DNA of 64,000 bases from Octopus sinensis (lineage: Eukaryota), in assembly GCF_006345805.1 (NCBI RefSeq), contig NC_043009.1, positions 62,558,001 to 62,622,000 of the forward strand, in the 5' to 3' direction. Numbering within the stretch: the stretch's first letter is position 1; each line of letters starts with the position of its first letter. The notes under the pieces are model-generated. The model worked only from the letters and a program-made list of their open reading frames with translations, had not been told where the DNA came from and did no database searches. Positions 1 through 11,855 of this stretch are shown piece after piece. A program made the position numbers and the translations under genes.

Positions 1-2155
1 GGAACACATTATATAACATAGTACTATTTACACCCAAAATAAAGAAGGAATGGTCACATTTGGAATGCCTATGATCTCTGGTCTATTCATTTAGAACTCA
101 CCTGTTTCTAAATAAAAATAACACTGACCTAATTGCAGTGGGAAAGGTGAGCCAAGCTAAGGTCCACTGTTAGGTGAGGTTGAACTTGTTTCCTCTAGCT
201 CCAAAACTATTACTTGCTGTTCTATTTCTTCCAATGTCATTGTAGTTCACCTCTAAGATAAGTCTAGATATATTTAGTGTTCAAATTAGGTCATAGGCAT
301 GTCATCTCTCTCTCTCTCTCCCTCTCTTTCTCTCACACCTTTCACTCTGCTTTATCATTCCTTCACTTTCTTCCCCACACCGTAAATTCAAGAATTGTAT
401 TCACAAAATAAGTTTTAAAAAAGTTGATTTTTCAAACTATTCCCATTTACAGTATTATTTTTATTTCTTTCACAAAATTTTAGTCCAATAATAAATACTT
501 GTAGTCCGAGTAAACAGTTGTCTATAATATCGGTTGATATTTTAGGAACTTTTAACAGCGGTAGCCACCCCTACTCTGATGGATGGTTGATGGGAAGGAG
601 GGTGGCATCTGGAGTAAAAGTAGATGGTATTGGCTCATAACTAGAGTTCAATGGTAGTGCATGGTACCTACAGCAGAGATACATATCATTAGATGGTAAC
701 TAAAGAATAGTGTAAAATAGCTACCATAGCAGTGGATAGTAGCTACAGTGGAGATTGTTGGTAGTGAATGGTTGGATGGTAACTGGAGTAGAATTAACAA
801 AGTAGATCTACTAATTTTTACATTAATCTTAAGAATTATTAATTACCAAACTTGTCACCATCCAGTTCTCAGAACTTTTTTGCTTCATGTATATTTGCTG
901 ATGTTTTTGAAACAGGCATGAATGCTACAAATTCTTCTAAGTCAGCCGTGATTAACAACTTTTGAGGAAGGACATTCTTGTTGCAACCACCCTCAACTTG
1001 TGTATTTTTTAGAGAAACCTGTAAGTTGTGGTGGTCGTCACTTTCTTTTTTTAAGACAGTGAGATGTAATTTTTAGAAAATATGACTGTTATTTCTAGCA
1101 GGTTGACTGATAAGGGATGCTCCATTGTTGACTTAATAGAATAAAGATAGATAATCTGGTAGATAGCTTGCTTACCAACCACATGGTTCCGGGTTCAGTC
1201 CCACTGCGTGGAATCTTGGGCAAGTGTCTTCTACTATAGCCTTGGGCCAACCAAAGCCTTGTGAGTGGATTTGGTAGATGGAAACTGAAAGAAGCCTTTT
1301 GTATATGTGTGTGTTTGTGTCTGCGTTTGTCCCCCCTACCATCACTTGACAACCGATGCTGGTGTGTTTATGTCCCCATAACTTAGCGATAAGTACTAGG
1401 CTTCCAAAGAATAAGTCCTGGGGTCGATTTGTTCGACTAAAGGCGGTGCTCCAGCATGGCCACAGTCAAGTGACTGAAACAAATATAAGAATAAAAGAAT
1501 CAAATGGCTATTATGGGCCATTCCAATAAAATAGGAATCACAGGGGTCAATAGGTGAAAGAAAAGGGTTGAGATTGCAGCTGCAATGATTGTTTTTTACT
1601 CTCAGGTCATCCCTAATCGATCAATCCTAATGGTTGAGTAATTGTGAAGCAGGATTTCAAGAATGGAGAGTAGAGGTGGACATGATATTATTTGCGTATG
1701 GGGCTGCTTGTATGTTTTGTAAAGGCATGGACGAAGAATTTATTATTCAACCAGCACTCCAGCATCAACCATCCCATTCTTTTCTGATAGAATTGTATCC
1801 TGTATACTTTACAGTGGTGGAGGTGCATGGCTTAGTGGTTAGGGTGTTGGACTCATAATCGTAAGATTTTGGTTTCAATTCCTGGACCGGGCGATGCATT
1901 GTGTTCTTGAGCAAACCACTTCATTTCCCATTGTGCCAGTTGACTCAGCTGGTACTCATGAATAATCCTGTCACACACAAGGGTTCCATAAAGGGAGGAA
2001 TATATAGGCCAGAGAAACCAGGAAACCAGCCCTCTGCTCCTTATCAAGTAACAGGGACTAACCATTCTTAACAGTTGGGTAATATTCAATGAAGAATAGG
2101 TTGCGGTTTCTTTCAGTTTGAATGACCCCATAAAACATGGAATATTCCTGTTTAA

Positions 2156-2544
2156 TCTCTATATCTCTATATATATATATAAAGCTGAAGTTGTCTGTGT
2201 ATGACAGGTTTGGTAGCCTTCAACTAACACTGTCTCCTCCGAGACCCTGCGGCGCAAGTTGACCAAAATTTGGAGTACGATAGAAGAAGGCTTGCTCTTA
2301 CTTCCGTAGAAGATAAAATTCAAATCGGACCATGTTAAGACCAAAAATTATTTACATCAAAAAGATGCTTTTTTTTCTATGAAAATCCCTATTTTTTACG
2401 ATTTTTTGACTGCTGTGTCGCCATTTTTCGGTGTATTTCAACCAGAAAAATGTTCACTTAAAGAGAATAACAAGCTACATAATGCAAAAATTCCAATTCT
2501 AAAGGGTCGAAACAATCCCGAGCAACGCTGGGCTATACTGCTAG
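2156..2544 (+). mobile_element. Non-autonomous Helitron
   Basis: A|TC 5' end, 3' CTAG|T, subterminal hairpin CCCGAGCAACGCTGGG at 2517-2532; sister copy at 15541. Confidence 0.85.
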
Positions 2545-3313
2545 TAAAGTTATAGGTTGATTCTCCATGTTTAAATGTTTACTTGAGTGTGGTAGGTTTG
2601 ATCTTGGCATCTGTTCTGTTGAGAAAGACAATTATTGCCAGTTATTTGCCCTGGTGTTTTAGTTTCTGCTCCTTTATCCACCTTTCATTTCAGTTTCTTC
2701 ATATTTACCTCCCTTTAGTTTATCTTCTGTTCATTTATAATTGAACCAAAGGAATCTTTACATTGTCTTTGCAAGCCATCAACAATTTTGCAAGGTTTTT
2801 AGCTTTCTTTCTTTAACTAAGAGGCAAATTTCATTTTTTTTAAAAATTTTTTGTATCTCATATATACATCTTCACATATCCAAATTAACTAAATCCATGC
2901 TATTTTCCTAAATTCTTCATGCATTTTTTTTTCTACTTGTACAAATTTGTATCCACTGATCAAAGGAGGCTTAAAAAAATTATGCTTCTCTGATAAGGTT
3001 TAATAAGACTGAAACATTCCTTATAGCTGATTAAATTGCCTACTAACAAAGATGAGTTTGTTTTCCTAAGCATGAAATTTAGATTTTCTGTAGAACCAAT
3101 TATTAATTTCATGGAATTATCTTTGAGAGTTACCAGCAATTGCCAATGATTTTTTTTTCTTTTTATCCTCCAGCCAAGAGATAAGTTACAATTCATTTAG
3201 AGTTTTTTCATGTTCACCATTCAATACATTTCCACCTCCATGATTTACACAGATTTGGGAACTACAGTGGAACATTTTAAATGCCCAAAAAGTTAGTAAA
3301 GACTAGACAAATA

Positions 3314-3700
3314 GGCGCAGGAGTGGCTTTGTGGTAAGTAGCTTGCTTACCAACCACATGGTTCCAGGTTCAGTCCCACTGCGTGGCACCTTGGGCAAGT
3401 GTCTTCTACTATAGCCTCGGGCCAACCAAAACCTTGTGAGTGGGTTTGGTAGACAGAAACTGAAAGAAGCTCGTCATATATATATATATGTATGTGTATA
3501 TGTTTGTGTGTCTGTGTTTGTCCCACCAACATCCCTTGAAAACCGATGCTGGTGTGTTTACGCCCACGTAACTTAGCAGTTCAGCAAAAGAGACCGATAG
3601 AATAAGTATTAGGCTTACAAAGAATAAATCCTGGGGTCGATTTGCTCGACTAAAGGCGGTGATCCAGCATGGCCACAGTCAAATGGCTGAAGTAAAAGAG
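3314..3700 (+). mobile_element. tRNA-derived SINE family A (representative copy)
   Basis: GGCGCAGGAGTGGC..TGG (A box), GGTTCAGTCC (B box), CCTTGGGCAAGT, internal (TA/TG)n, tail CCAGCATGGCCACAGTCAAATGACTGAAACAAGTAAAAG. Other copies at ~1157, 17795, 20070, 26209, 41599, 42003, 46678, 47745, 50135, 51213, 53060, 56500. Confidence 0.88.
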
Positions 3701-4630
3701 TGAATAGTCTTGAAGACAGTATAAAGAAGTCATTGGTGACTCAGTCAAGTACATGGCCTAGTGGTTAGGGTGTTGCACTCCTGATTGCGAGATTGTGGTT
3801 TCAATTCCCAAACTGGCTGTGCATTGTATTCTTCAGCAAAACATTTCATTTTATGTTGCCTCAGTCCACTCAGCTGCAAATGGGTAACCTTGTGAGAGAT
3901 TAGCACACAAGGGTCAGATGGGGACTCAAGAAAATCACCCAAATGGAGGTCTCGCAAGCCATGTCTTTTATTCATCGATAGAACCGCGATTGATTAGGAT
4001 TTGTTGTCCAGCCATGTCAAAGGTCATCATAATCATCAGTCCAGTGATCACCCTCTGCTAATGTGAAATGTGACAAAGTGTTTTGCTTAAATCCAGATAT
4101 CTCAGTGGAAGAGACAATCCTTAAAATTAGAGGATATTAGAGATGTGAGAAGTGGCTGGAACAGCACTGGGTCAAAATCAAGGTTAGCCATTTGTATCAG
4201 ACACACAAGTGGTTCAGTCAGCTCTCTCTCTCTCCCTCCCCCTCTCTCTCTCTCTCACTCACTCACTCACCCCCTTCTTCCTCTGTAATTTATTTGAATT
4301 CATTTTCTATGATTGATACATGTTCAAACTTCATGACTCTTTGTTTCTCTCTTCTCTCAGAAGTGTTTCAGTTATCTATTATTTTCTTTTTATGTTACTT
4401 TTATTCGTAGTTAACTCCTTGCCCTTATATATTGCACACTGTGTGTGTGTGTGTGTGTGTGTGTGCCTCTAGCCACTAAAGCTTTTTTTATTCTGTTTAT
4501 TTTCTCATGTTCCTTTCTGTTGAAGAGGATAAACTTGAAACATAAAAGACTTTCTCACCTTCCCAAGCTTTAAACTAATATACCTGTTTGTTGTTTATAC
4601 ACCTGTCCTCTTTTTTTTTTTGTGAATTCC

Positions 4631-4710
<80 letters not shown>

Positions 4711-4975
4711 AGCGCCACCTGACTGGCGTCTGTGTCGGTGACACATAAAAAGCACCAACTGATCGTGGCTGTCTGCCAGCCTGCTCTGGCCCCTGTGCCG
4801 GCGGCACATAAAAAGCACCCACTACACTCATGGAGTCGTTGGCGTTAGGAAGGGCATCCAGCTGTAGAAACACTGCCAGATCAGACTGGAGCCTGGCGCA
4901 GCTTCCTGGCTTCCCAGATCCCGGTTTAACCGTCCAATCCATGCTAGCATGAAAAATGAAAGTTCAACGATGATG

Positions 4976-5012
<37 letters not shown>

Positions 5013-5043
5013 TCATCATCATCGTTTAACGTCCACCTTCCAT

Positions 5044-5190
5044 GCTCTGAGTGAGAGACCCTTTGTTACCAGTAGGGGAAGAAGCTTTCTAAACTTTGCC
5101 CAGGCTATTCTTATTCTAGTGGTAACACTCTCTGAGCATCTACCCCCACTACTAACTTGGTCACCTAGGTAGCAGAAACTATCAACTGCT
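5044..5190 (-). mobile_element. RTE LINE fragment
   Basis: VDSFCYLGDQVSSGGRCSESVTTRIRIAWAKFRKLLPLLVTKGLSLR. Confidence 0.75.
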
Positions 5191-5214
5191 TATATATATA
5201 TATATATATATACA

Positions 5215-5688
5215 TGTAAGGAAAATAAGACTAGGTAGAAAATGCTAAAATAATTTTATCGTGAAATATATTTTGTAACAGTTAGTACCAGTTTCAGTCT
5301 TTTCAACTTTTTTCAACTATGAGTAAAACAAAGGTGGATATTAAGAAGAAAAACAATTAAATTTCAGAAAAAATTAAATGAAATGTTTTGTAAATATTTC
5401 CATAGTCTTCAATTTGTTTCTGCACCCATAAACACTATTCTTTCAGATCTGTTTCACAAAGGAAAAGGGAGAGAAACAGAAAAAAGGAAAATGCCCTACC
5501 TATTTGAAGACTATAGAAATATTTACAAAACATTTCATTTAATTTTTTTCTGAAATTTAATTGTTTTTCTTGTTTTACTCTTAGTTGAAAAAGTTCAAAA
5601 GACTGAAACCGATACTAACCATTACAAAATGTATTTCATGAAAAAAATTATTTTAGCATTTTCTACCTTGTCTTATTTTCCCTTTACA
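5215..5688. mobile_element. Foldback/MITE-like element with ~190-bp inverted arms
   Basis: 5215-5412 is the reverse complement of 5504-5688 (left arm has an extra ~16 nt); ~91-nt spacer. Confidence 0.85.
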
Positions 5689-5730
5689 TATCATCTCATG
5701 TGTTACTTTTCAACCTTCTACATATATCTA

Positions 5731-6999
5731 CACAGACAGGAAGTAAATAGACGCCTTTAGTTTTCAAAATCTCTGATCTAAGTGTCTTAATATGTTTTCA
5801 GCGGTGTAGAATTTACAATGTAATTATTCTTTTTCATTCCAGGTGCCATTATATTAAACATTTGCGAAGAGTAACCATGCCACACATAAAAAATTTGGCA
5901 GAACTGTCAGATTTTCAAAGAATTTGTATTGTTGGGCAATCTGAGTCTGGCCTTAGCCAGCGAAAAATTGCCGAAAGTCTTCAAATTCCTCTTGTAACTG
6001 TTAATAGAATGATAGTGCAATTCAAAAGCCAAAGAAAAGAATTGACAGATTCTCATCCTGGCCGGCCTGGGCCCTCGGAAAGGAAGCTTCGCTGTTTGAA
6101 GACAATTGTGGAAAACAAACCCCATTCGATGGCTTCTGACATTGCAAAACAGCTAGGTGTTAGTCCAAGAACGTGTGTTACTTATCTGCATAAGCTTGGG
6201 TATTATGGGCAAGCAGCTAGAAGAAAACCTCTCCTTCAACCAATTAATATCATGAAAAGTAAGAAATGGGCTAAGGAGATGTCAGAAAAATCCAGTTCAT
6301 TTTGGGATAGAGTGATTTTCTCAGATGAATCCAGATTTGCATTATTTTCAGACAGTGGATGTGTTTGGGTCTGGAGGCTTCCCAATCCAGAATTTGATTT
6401 GAAACGACTCCAACCAACTGTGAAACATGGCGGTATCTCTGTAATGGTATGGGAAGTTGTCACCAGCAATGGTTGTTCTGAGCTGATTGAATGTATTGGA
6501 ACCATAAACTCTGAAAAATACATCGAAATGCTTAAGCAAGGACTACTTCCAATGTATTCACACAATAACATGACGAAAGATGAGTTTTTATTCATGGAAG
6601 ATGGGGCTCCATGCCACACAGCGACGAGGAATCAACAGTGGCTGACTGAAAATGGGATCAAAAAGCTTCTTTGACCAACCCAATCTCCTGATGGGAACCC
6701 AATTGAAAATCTTTGGAGCATACTAGATAGAGCTACACTAAAAACTCGATAGAAACCTAAATCTAAAGATGAATTGTTTCGATTGTTGCGTGAAAAGTGG
6801 GCAGAAATTCCACAAGAGACAATCACAAAGCTCATCAGTTCAATGCCAAAAAGAGTTTCTGAATTAAAAACTGCAAAGGGAATGTCAATTAAATACTAAA
6901 GTATGTAGTCCTACCTATCGATTACATTTTAGTTGTTTGTTTTGTGTATTAAATAAAAGATTTTGAAAATTAAAAAAATCTATTTACACCCTGCATGTC

Positions 7000-7003
<4 letters not shown>
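5731..7003 (+). mobile_element. Tc1-family DNA transposon (DD34E), full length, inactive
   Basis: Imperfect ~45-bp TIRs (5731-5772 vs 6958-7003) in a TA-rich context, enclosing a transposase frame. Confidence 0.9.
5877..6899 (+). pseudogene. Tc1 transposase pseudogene (340 codons, two in-frame stops)
   Basis: MPHIKNLAELSDFQR (HTH)...VIFSDESRF...FMEDGAPCH...*PTQSPDGNPIENLW. D-to-E spacing is 34. Stops are TGA 6672 (replacing W of WPxQSPD) and TAG 6750; no frameshift. Confidence 0.92.
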
Positions 7004-7038
<35 letters not shown>

Positions 7039-7134
7039 TTCATTTTTCTTCTTTTTCTTCATTTCTTTATTCAGTTTTTCCGGTCCTTTGTTTCATTGTG
7101 TCCTTAATTTATACCCTTCACATTTTCTCTATTT

Positions 7135-7190
7135 GTCTCCAATGATGGAATATCCCATATTTTGGGATGTCCCAGAAACAGCTGTAAGAC
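7135..7190 (+). ncRNA. Minimal hammerhead-like motif (core G5A)
   Basis: Stem I GTCT/AGAC, core CCAATGA, 11-bp stem II with 1 mismatch, GAAA, palindrome ACAGCTGT, GUA. Confidence 0.55.
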
Positions 7191-7323
7191 TTTAAATTTT
7201 TATAATAATAGTAACATATATAACTTGAGATGTTTGTCTTGCCTTAACATTTGTTGTTTTCTTTAACAATTATGTATGTATATATATATATATATATATG
7301 TGTATGTGTGTGTGTGTGTGTGT

Positions 7324-7600
7324 GGAGGCGCATGGCCCACAACGCCCGGTCTGGGAATCGCTGTTTCGATTCCCAGACCGGGCGTTGTGAGTGTTTATTG
7401 AGCGAAAACACCTAAAGCTCCACAAGGCTCTGGCAGGAGGTGGTGGTGATCCCTGCTGTACTCTTTCGCCACGGCTTTCTCTCACTCTTTCTTCTGTTGG
7501 CCTGCTCGCTTAGCCAGTTGGGTGGCGTCACTTGAAGGCTAAAACAATGCGAAGCGCATTGTTACCAGAGATGTGTAGCAACATCTGATAGCCTCGTTGA
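7324..7600 (+). mobile_element. tRNA-derived SINE family D (rearranged head)
   Basis: Homologous to the copies at 43457 (+) and ~54350-54682 (-), which keep the tRNA-like head GGAGG.GCAATGGCCCAGTGGTTA. Confidence 0.75.
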
Positions 7601-8695
7601 TCACGTGATATATATATATATGTTCTCTGTCTCTGTTCGATGCAAGACCAGCCACATCAATTGTAGACTTCATCCTCCCACTCGCACAAGTACAACCCAC
7701 ATCCTTCAAGTACATCCTGCTCTTATCTCGACAAGTATGACGCACCCACTCTCCCTATCTTGACAAATGTAACCTCTCTGCATACCCTGTTTTAACAAAT
7801 CATTACAGGGTGGGAGCCACTACTACTCCATTTTTGACCCAAATCTGTTAAATATGCCAATCGTAAAAATTCATACACTCCTATTGAACCAACCATTTTT
7901 CTATAAGCTTCCCTCTTCTTGCCACCACACTGTAAATACTTTTAGCAACATTGCAGAGAGACATAGAAAGAAGAAAGATATTCCGACTGAAAAGACAGTA
8001 GCCCTGAATGAAATTCAGCATGGACAAAACATGGACTCAGCTAACTGCATAGAAGGCAACCCGTCTTGAAGCTACAAGATAATGCAAGATTAGTTCAAGA
8101 CAATGTGATTAAATAAGCATTAGATTTATCAAAGTAATCTGAACACAAATGGATTAATGAGGCAACCGCAGGAGAAATTCTTAGCTTAGAACAAATATTC
8201 ATTAATCTGAAGAAAGATTTGATATGCCCTGTAGCTTGGTGGTCAGTAAGAAAGCTTTTCAGCCCCCACCTGCTATAGTTCCTCCAAGCTATAAAGCAGA
8301 GAAGTTTAACATCAGCTGTCCATGGGAAATCTTTGCCTAATCTATCAAAGATTTAGACAAATTTTATACAGAGAAGCAAAACCTAGAACTGAGAAACTTC
8401 AAAGTTATTTGAATAACGGCAAAAGTTTTAGCGGGAAAGATGTCATGATATTATTGTCATCAGGGAAGTAAATATACTTGATATGCCAAAAAAAAAGGAA
8501 GATAAGAATTCCATATGATGTACCCAATGTAAATTGAGTGCACAAGAGGTATAATGAGCTCACAGGTAGAGTAACTGGAAAGGATATATGTGACAGATGC
8601 ACAGGTGTGTTTAGCAGTTAGAGAACACGTAATATATTTCAAATACTTGGACTGTTGATATCTTCTCTTACCTAGATGACGTAATTAACAGTAAA

Positions 8696-8882
8696 CACAG
8701 GTGCCCTGAGAGTGTAATAATCTAGCTAGGTGACATAAATTCGTGGTGGACAGGTGCTCTAAAAGCATAGTAACCTAGCTATGTGACCTAATTAATAGCG
8801 GATACAGGTGTCCTGAAAGTAATAACCTAGCTATGTGACCTAATCAACAGTGGATACAGGTGATTTGAAAGTGTAGTAACCA
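8696..8882. repeat. Degenerate ~52-55-bp tandem repeat, ~3.5 copies
   Basis: Recurrent ACAGGTG...AACCTAGCTATGTGACCTAAT. Confidence 0.75.
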
Positions 8883-9320
8883 AAGTAAGAATGGAGTTGA
8901 AAAAGTTCTGAGATCTAGCGCTACTGGCAACAAAGAGATTCTCTCTCTGAAAGGCAGATTCTATAATGCTTGTGTGTGGAGTGTGATGTTGGTTGGTAGG
9001 AAGGAATACTTGGTCTTTGAATGGAAAGGATGTGTAAAATGTCTGGGTAGAAATGTAGCAAGCATGCTTCGTTGAAAGTGCAATAATAGTGTGCATGAAT
9101 GATTCTAAATGAGCTGAGAGAAAAACTGGGTACAAGATGAGCCTGGTTGTGTACAAGAGGAAGATTTCTCTGGTACACACACATCTCATGCATGAAAATT
9201 CACAGTTGGGTGAAGAAGTACCACGGAACCTAAGTGCAAAAAGTCTGCGAAAGAGACAGAAATGGTGAAAGCTGGCTTCAGAAAGTAGAAATTCTTAAAG
9301 ATGACAAAAGACCACAAGAA
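8880..9320 (+). mobile_element. Decayed RTE LINE C-terminal fragment
   Basis: KGRFYNACVWSVML...ASMLR; homologous to the 59040-59550 region. Confidence 0.6.
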
Positions 9321-9491
9321 CTTTGTGCTTGAAAAAAAAAACTTGTCCAACCCAAGGTAACATGGACAAAATGGATGTAATGATGATCTCCGTCTTCCAA
9401 GATTGTTTACCCAATCTTCTAAGCTGTTTTTCACAGCTATTCTGCATTCAACATTTCCTTTATTTTCTCTTCTTCTGTCTTGAGACAGCAT

Positions 9492-9740
9492 TCACCCCGG
9501 GTGTGTTGAGCTGGCTTCATTCATCCTCAGTGCTGCATCTCTCACAAACACTGACCAGGCCTGGCGATTTGAGGCTAACGACTGCGTGATCTCCAACCAC
9601 TCCTTATTCCAGCGGCAAATGCCGTAGATATGGGGGCCTAGGATGGGTTCCAGATCAGCCTTGACTGTCATCAGCCAGGTTCTTTGTTGTCCACCACATC
9701 GCTTTCGCCAACCCTGAAGAGGATCCGGGGCAATTGCTTC
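9492..9740 (-). mobile_element. RTE LINE C-terminal fragment
   Basis: WRKRCGGQQRTWLMTVKADL...W...ASNRQAW... Confidence 0.7.
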
Positions 9741-10058
9741 ATAGATGAATTCAAACATTTCTCATGTACTTTATTTTCTGTAAAATACCAACTCAGTGCT
9801 TCAAAATTTGTTTATAAAAATGTTCTCACATTCCAAAAAGCTGTTATTTAGCATTATAAAAGACAGCATCTATTGTCAAGGGTCACTTAGCTTAATGCTG
9901 CAGAGTGTTCAACCAGAATGTTTAGGATTCATTTCTCTGTTGCAGCTTGATGGCCCTTTTTTTTTTTCTATCTTCTAAGGTGTTTACCCAATCTTGTAAG
10001 CTGTTTCCACAGCTATTCTACATTTGAGATTTCCTTTTTTTTTTTGTAAACTGTTTAA

Positions 10059-10530
10059 CCCTTTCGTTACTGTATTTATTTTGAGATGCTCTGTGTTTCT
10101 TTCAATTACTTTAAATATAACAAAGAATTTAGTAAAATAACTTAGTTATCATTAAGCTAGTGTTAGGAACATAAATTGTGACTAAGGTTTGGTGGAAGAT
10201 TTTAATTCAAATCTTATGAAAACAAAACATTTGTACTACAGAGCCAGAGGCAGTTTCAGCCAAGTTGGTATCAAAAGGGTTAAGAATGGTTTCTCTATTA
10301 TATATTTTAACCCTTTTGTTACCATATTTATTTTGAGATGCCCTATGTTTCTTTCAATTACTTTAAATATATCATGGAATTTAGTAAAATAACTTGGTTA
10401 TCAATCAGCTAGTGTTAGGAACATAAATTGTGACTAAGGCTTGGTGGAAGATTTTAATTCAAAACTTATGAAAACAAGACATTTGTACTCAGAGTCAGAG
10501 CCGGTTTCAGCCGGGTTGGTATCGAAAGGG
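10059..10530 (+). mobile_element. Tandem pair of piggyBac-type MITEs (family P1)
   Basis: TTAA|CCCTTT...AAAGGG|TTAA units at 10059-10279 and 10311-10530, separated by a 23-nt spacer. Confidence 0.85.
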
Positions 10531-10643
10531 TTAAGATATATACTCATACGCATGCAATAGCTAATCATAATTTCACTGTACATGTCTATACACATTCTAC
10601 ATCAGTATTTCTATTTTCAATCCAGGGAGGTGAAGAAGACAAT

Positions 10644-10700
10644 ATGGCTAAGTTGAGTTGTACCAATGTTTCAATATTTCTGCTGAATTTTCTTCAATAA
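10644..10700 (+). promoter_or_regulatory. Candidate uORF (18 aa) in the KIDINS220 5' leader
   Basis: ATG GCT AAG...CAA TAA (MAKLSCTNVSIFLLNFLQ*) lies between a candidate acceptor (ttttcaatccag|10626) and the main ATG at 10723. Confidence 0.4.
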
Positions 10701-10722
10701 GTGAGTATAGAATAAAGAAAAG

Positions 10723-10839
10723 ATGGCAGTGACAACTTTCAAAGGTGACATGTTGCGGGAAGCAATCCATAAGGGTGACCTCAACAGTGTCAAACATTTG
10801 TTGGACATTGGAAACATCAATTTACAAGAAAGAGATGTG
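10723..10839 (+). CDS. KIDINS220: KIDINS220 coding exon 1
   Basis: AAGATGG start; MAVTTFKGDMLREAIHKGDLNSVKHLLDIGNINLQERDV (degenerate ankyrin); donor GTAAGA at 10840, phase 0. The start codon is inferred. Confidence 0.85.
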
Positions 10840-11069
10840 GTAAGATCTTTCCCTCCTAATATACTTTCTTTCCACTACACTTGTGTGTGTGTGTGTGTGT
10901 AGGTTTGGTGATGCAAACAGGAAGAATTGAATTTAAAACATAAATGTATGTATATATATATTAATACTTAGCAGAAGCAACAGAGTGACTCAAGGGCCGA
11001 GAGTTTCGCTTGATAAATGCTAACACATGAAACTCGCAGCCCTTGAGTAACTCTGTTGCTTCTGCTATA

Positions 11070-11179
11070 TATACATACATACACACATATATATATGTGC
11101 ATACACCCATATATATATACATACACACATATATATATATGATATATATATCATCATCATCGTTTAACGTCCGTTCTCC

Positions 11180-11210
<31 letters not shown>

Positions 11211-11337
11211 TACATATAAATATATATAAATACATATATACATATATATATACACACATATATATACACATACATACATTACATATATATACACATATAT
11301 ATACATACATACATACACACACACACACATATATATA

Positions 11338-11385
<48 letters not shown>

Positions 11386-11425
11386 CACATATATGTTTAC
11401 ATATATGCATATATATATATATATA
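11070..11425. repeat. Compound (TA)/(CA) microsatellite
   Basis: Long interrupted TA/CA runs. Other TA runs at 4635-4707, 40710-40755, 42770-42880, 43040-43155, 50260-50318. Confidence 0.9.
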
Positions 11426-11756
11426 CTGGCAAGCAAGTAAGGCCATAGCCATGGCCTGTGCCAGTGTCGCATAAGAGTACCCTTCAATCATTGAGCAATA
11501 AACTGTGCTTGCAAAGACCTATTGAGTCAAGTGAGATCATTGTTGCGGCCGATGCCAGTACTGCCTGACTGCCTGTCTTCAGAAGGAGACTACTTCAAAG
11601 GAGATTAAATGCCAATTGAAATGTGTTGTAGTTATCTTTCTACAGCACCAATCCTGATGCTTTTCTATCAGACCCTGTATATGATTATACATGTATATTT
11701 ATGCACACTCTCTTAAACGAATTTTTAATAATATTCTCTCTTTTACGTAACCCTAG

Positions 11757-11855
11757 GATGGTCACACCTTCTTAATGTTGGCTGCAGAAAAAGGGGACTT
11801 GAGAATTGTCCATGAACTTTTGGATGCTGATATGGATGTCAATGATGTTGATAAT
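11757..11855 (+). CDS. KIDINS220: KIDINS220 exon 2 (ankyrin repeat)
   Basis: ctag|DGHTFLMLAAEKGDLRIVHELLDADMDVNDVDN|gtaagt; 99 nt. Confidence 0.95.

Noticed and set aside
1157-1500. SINE tRNA-like heads as tRNA genes (also 57355-57424)
   Set aside because: No complete cloverleaf or acceptor stem; they run into multi-copy SINE bodies.
1540-1800. Possible RT fragment (PYANNI resembling YADDI) on the minus strand
   Set aside because: A single degenerate motif; plausible but not supportable as a call.
4595-5022. ORF-track ORFs with (YI)n, (VC)n or poly-H/M/N runs, here and at 10961-11491, 20008-20864, 33008-33732, 42567-43228
   Set aside because: They are translations of microsatellites and SINEs, not genes.
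1-10625. KIDINS220 promoter or upstream non-coding exon
   Set aside because: No TSS, CpG island or donor could be assigned from sequence alone.
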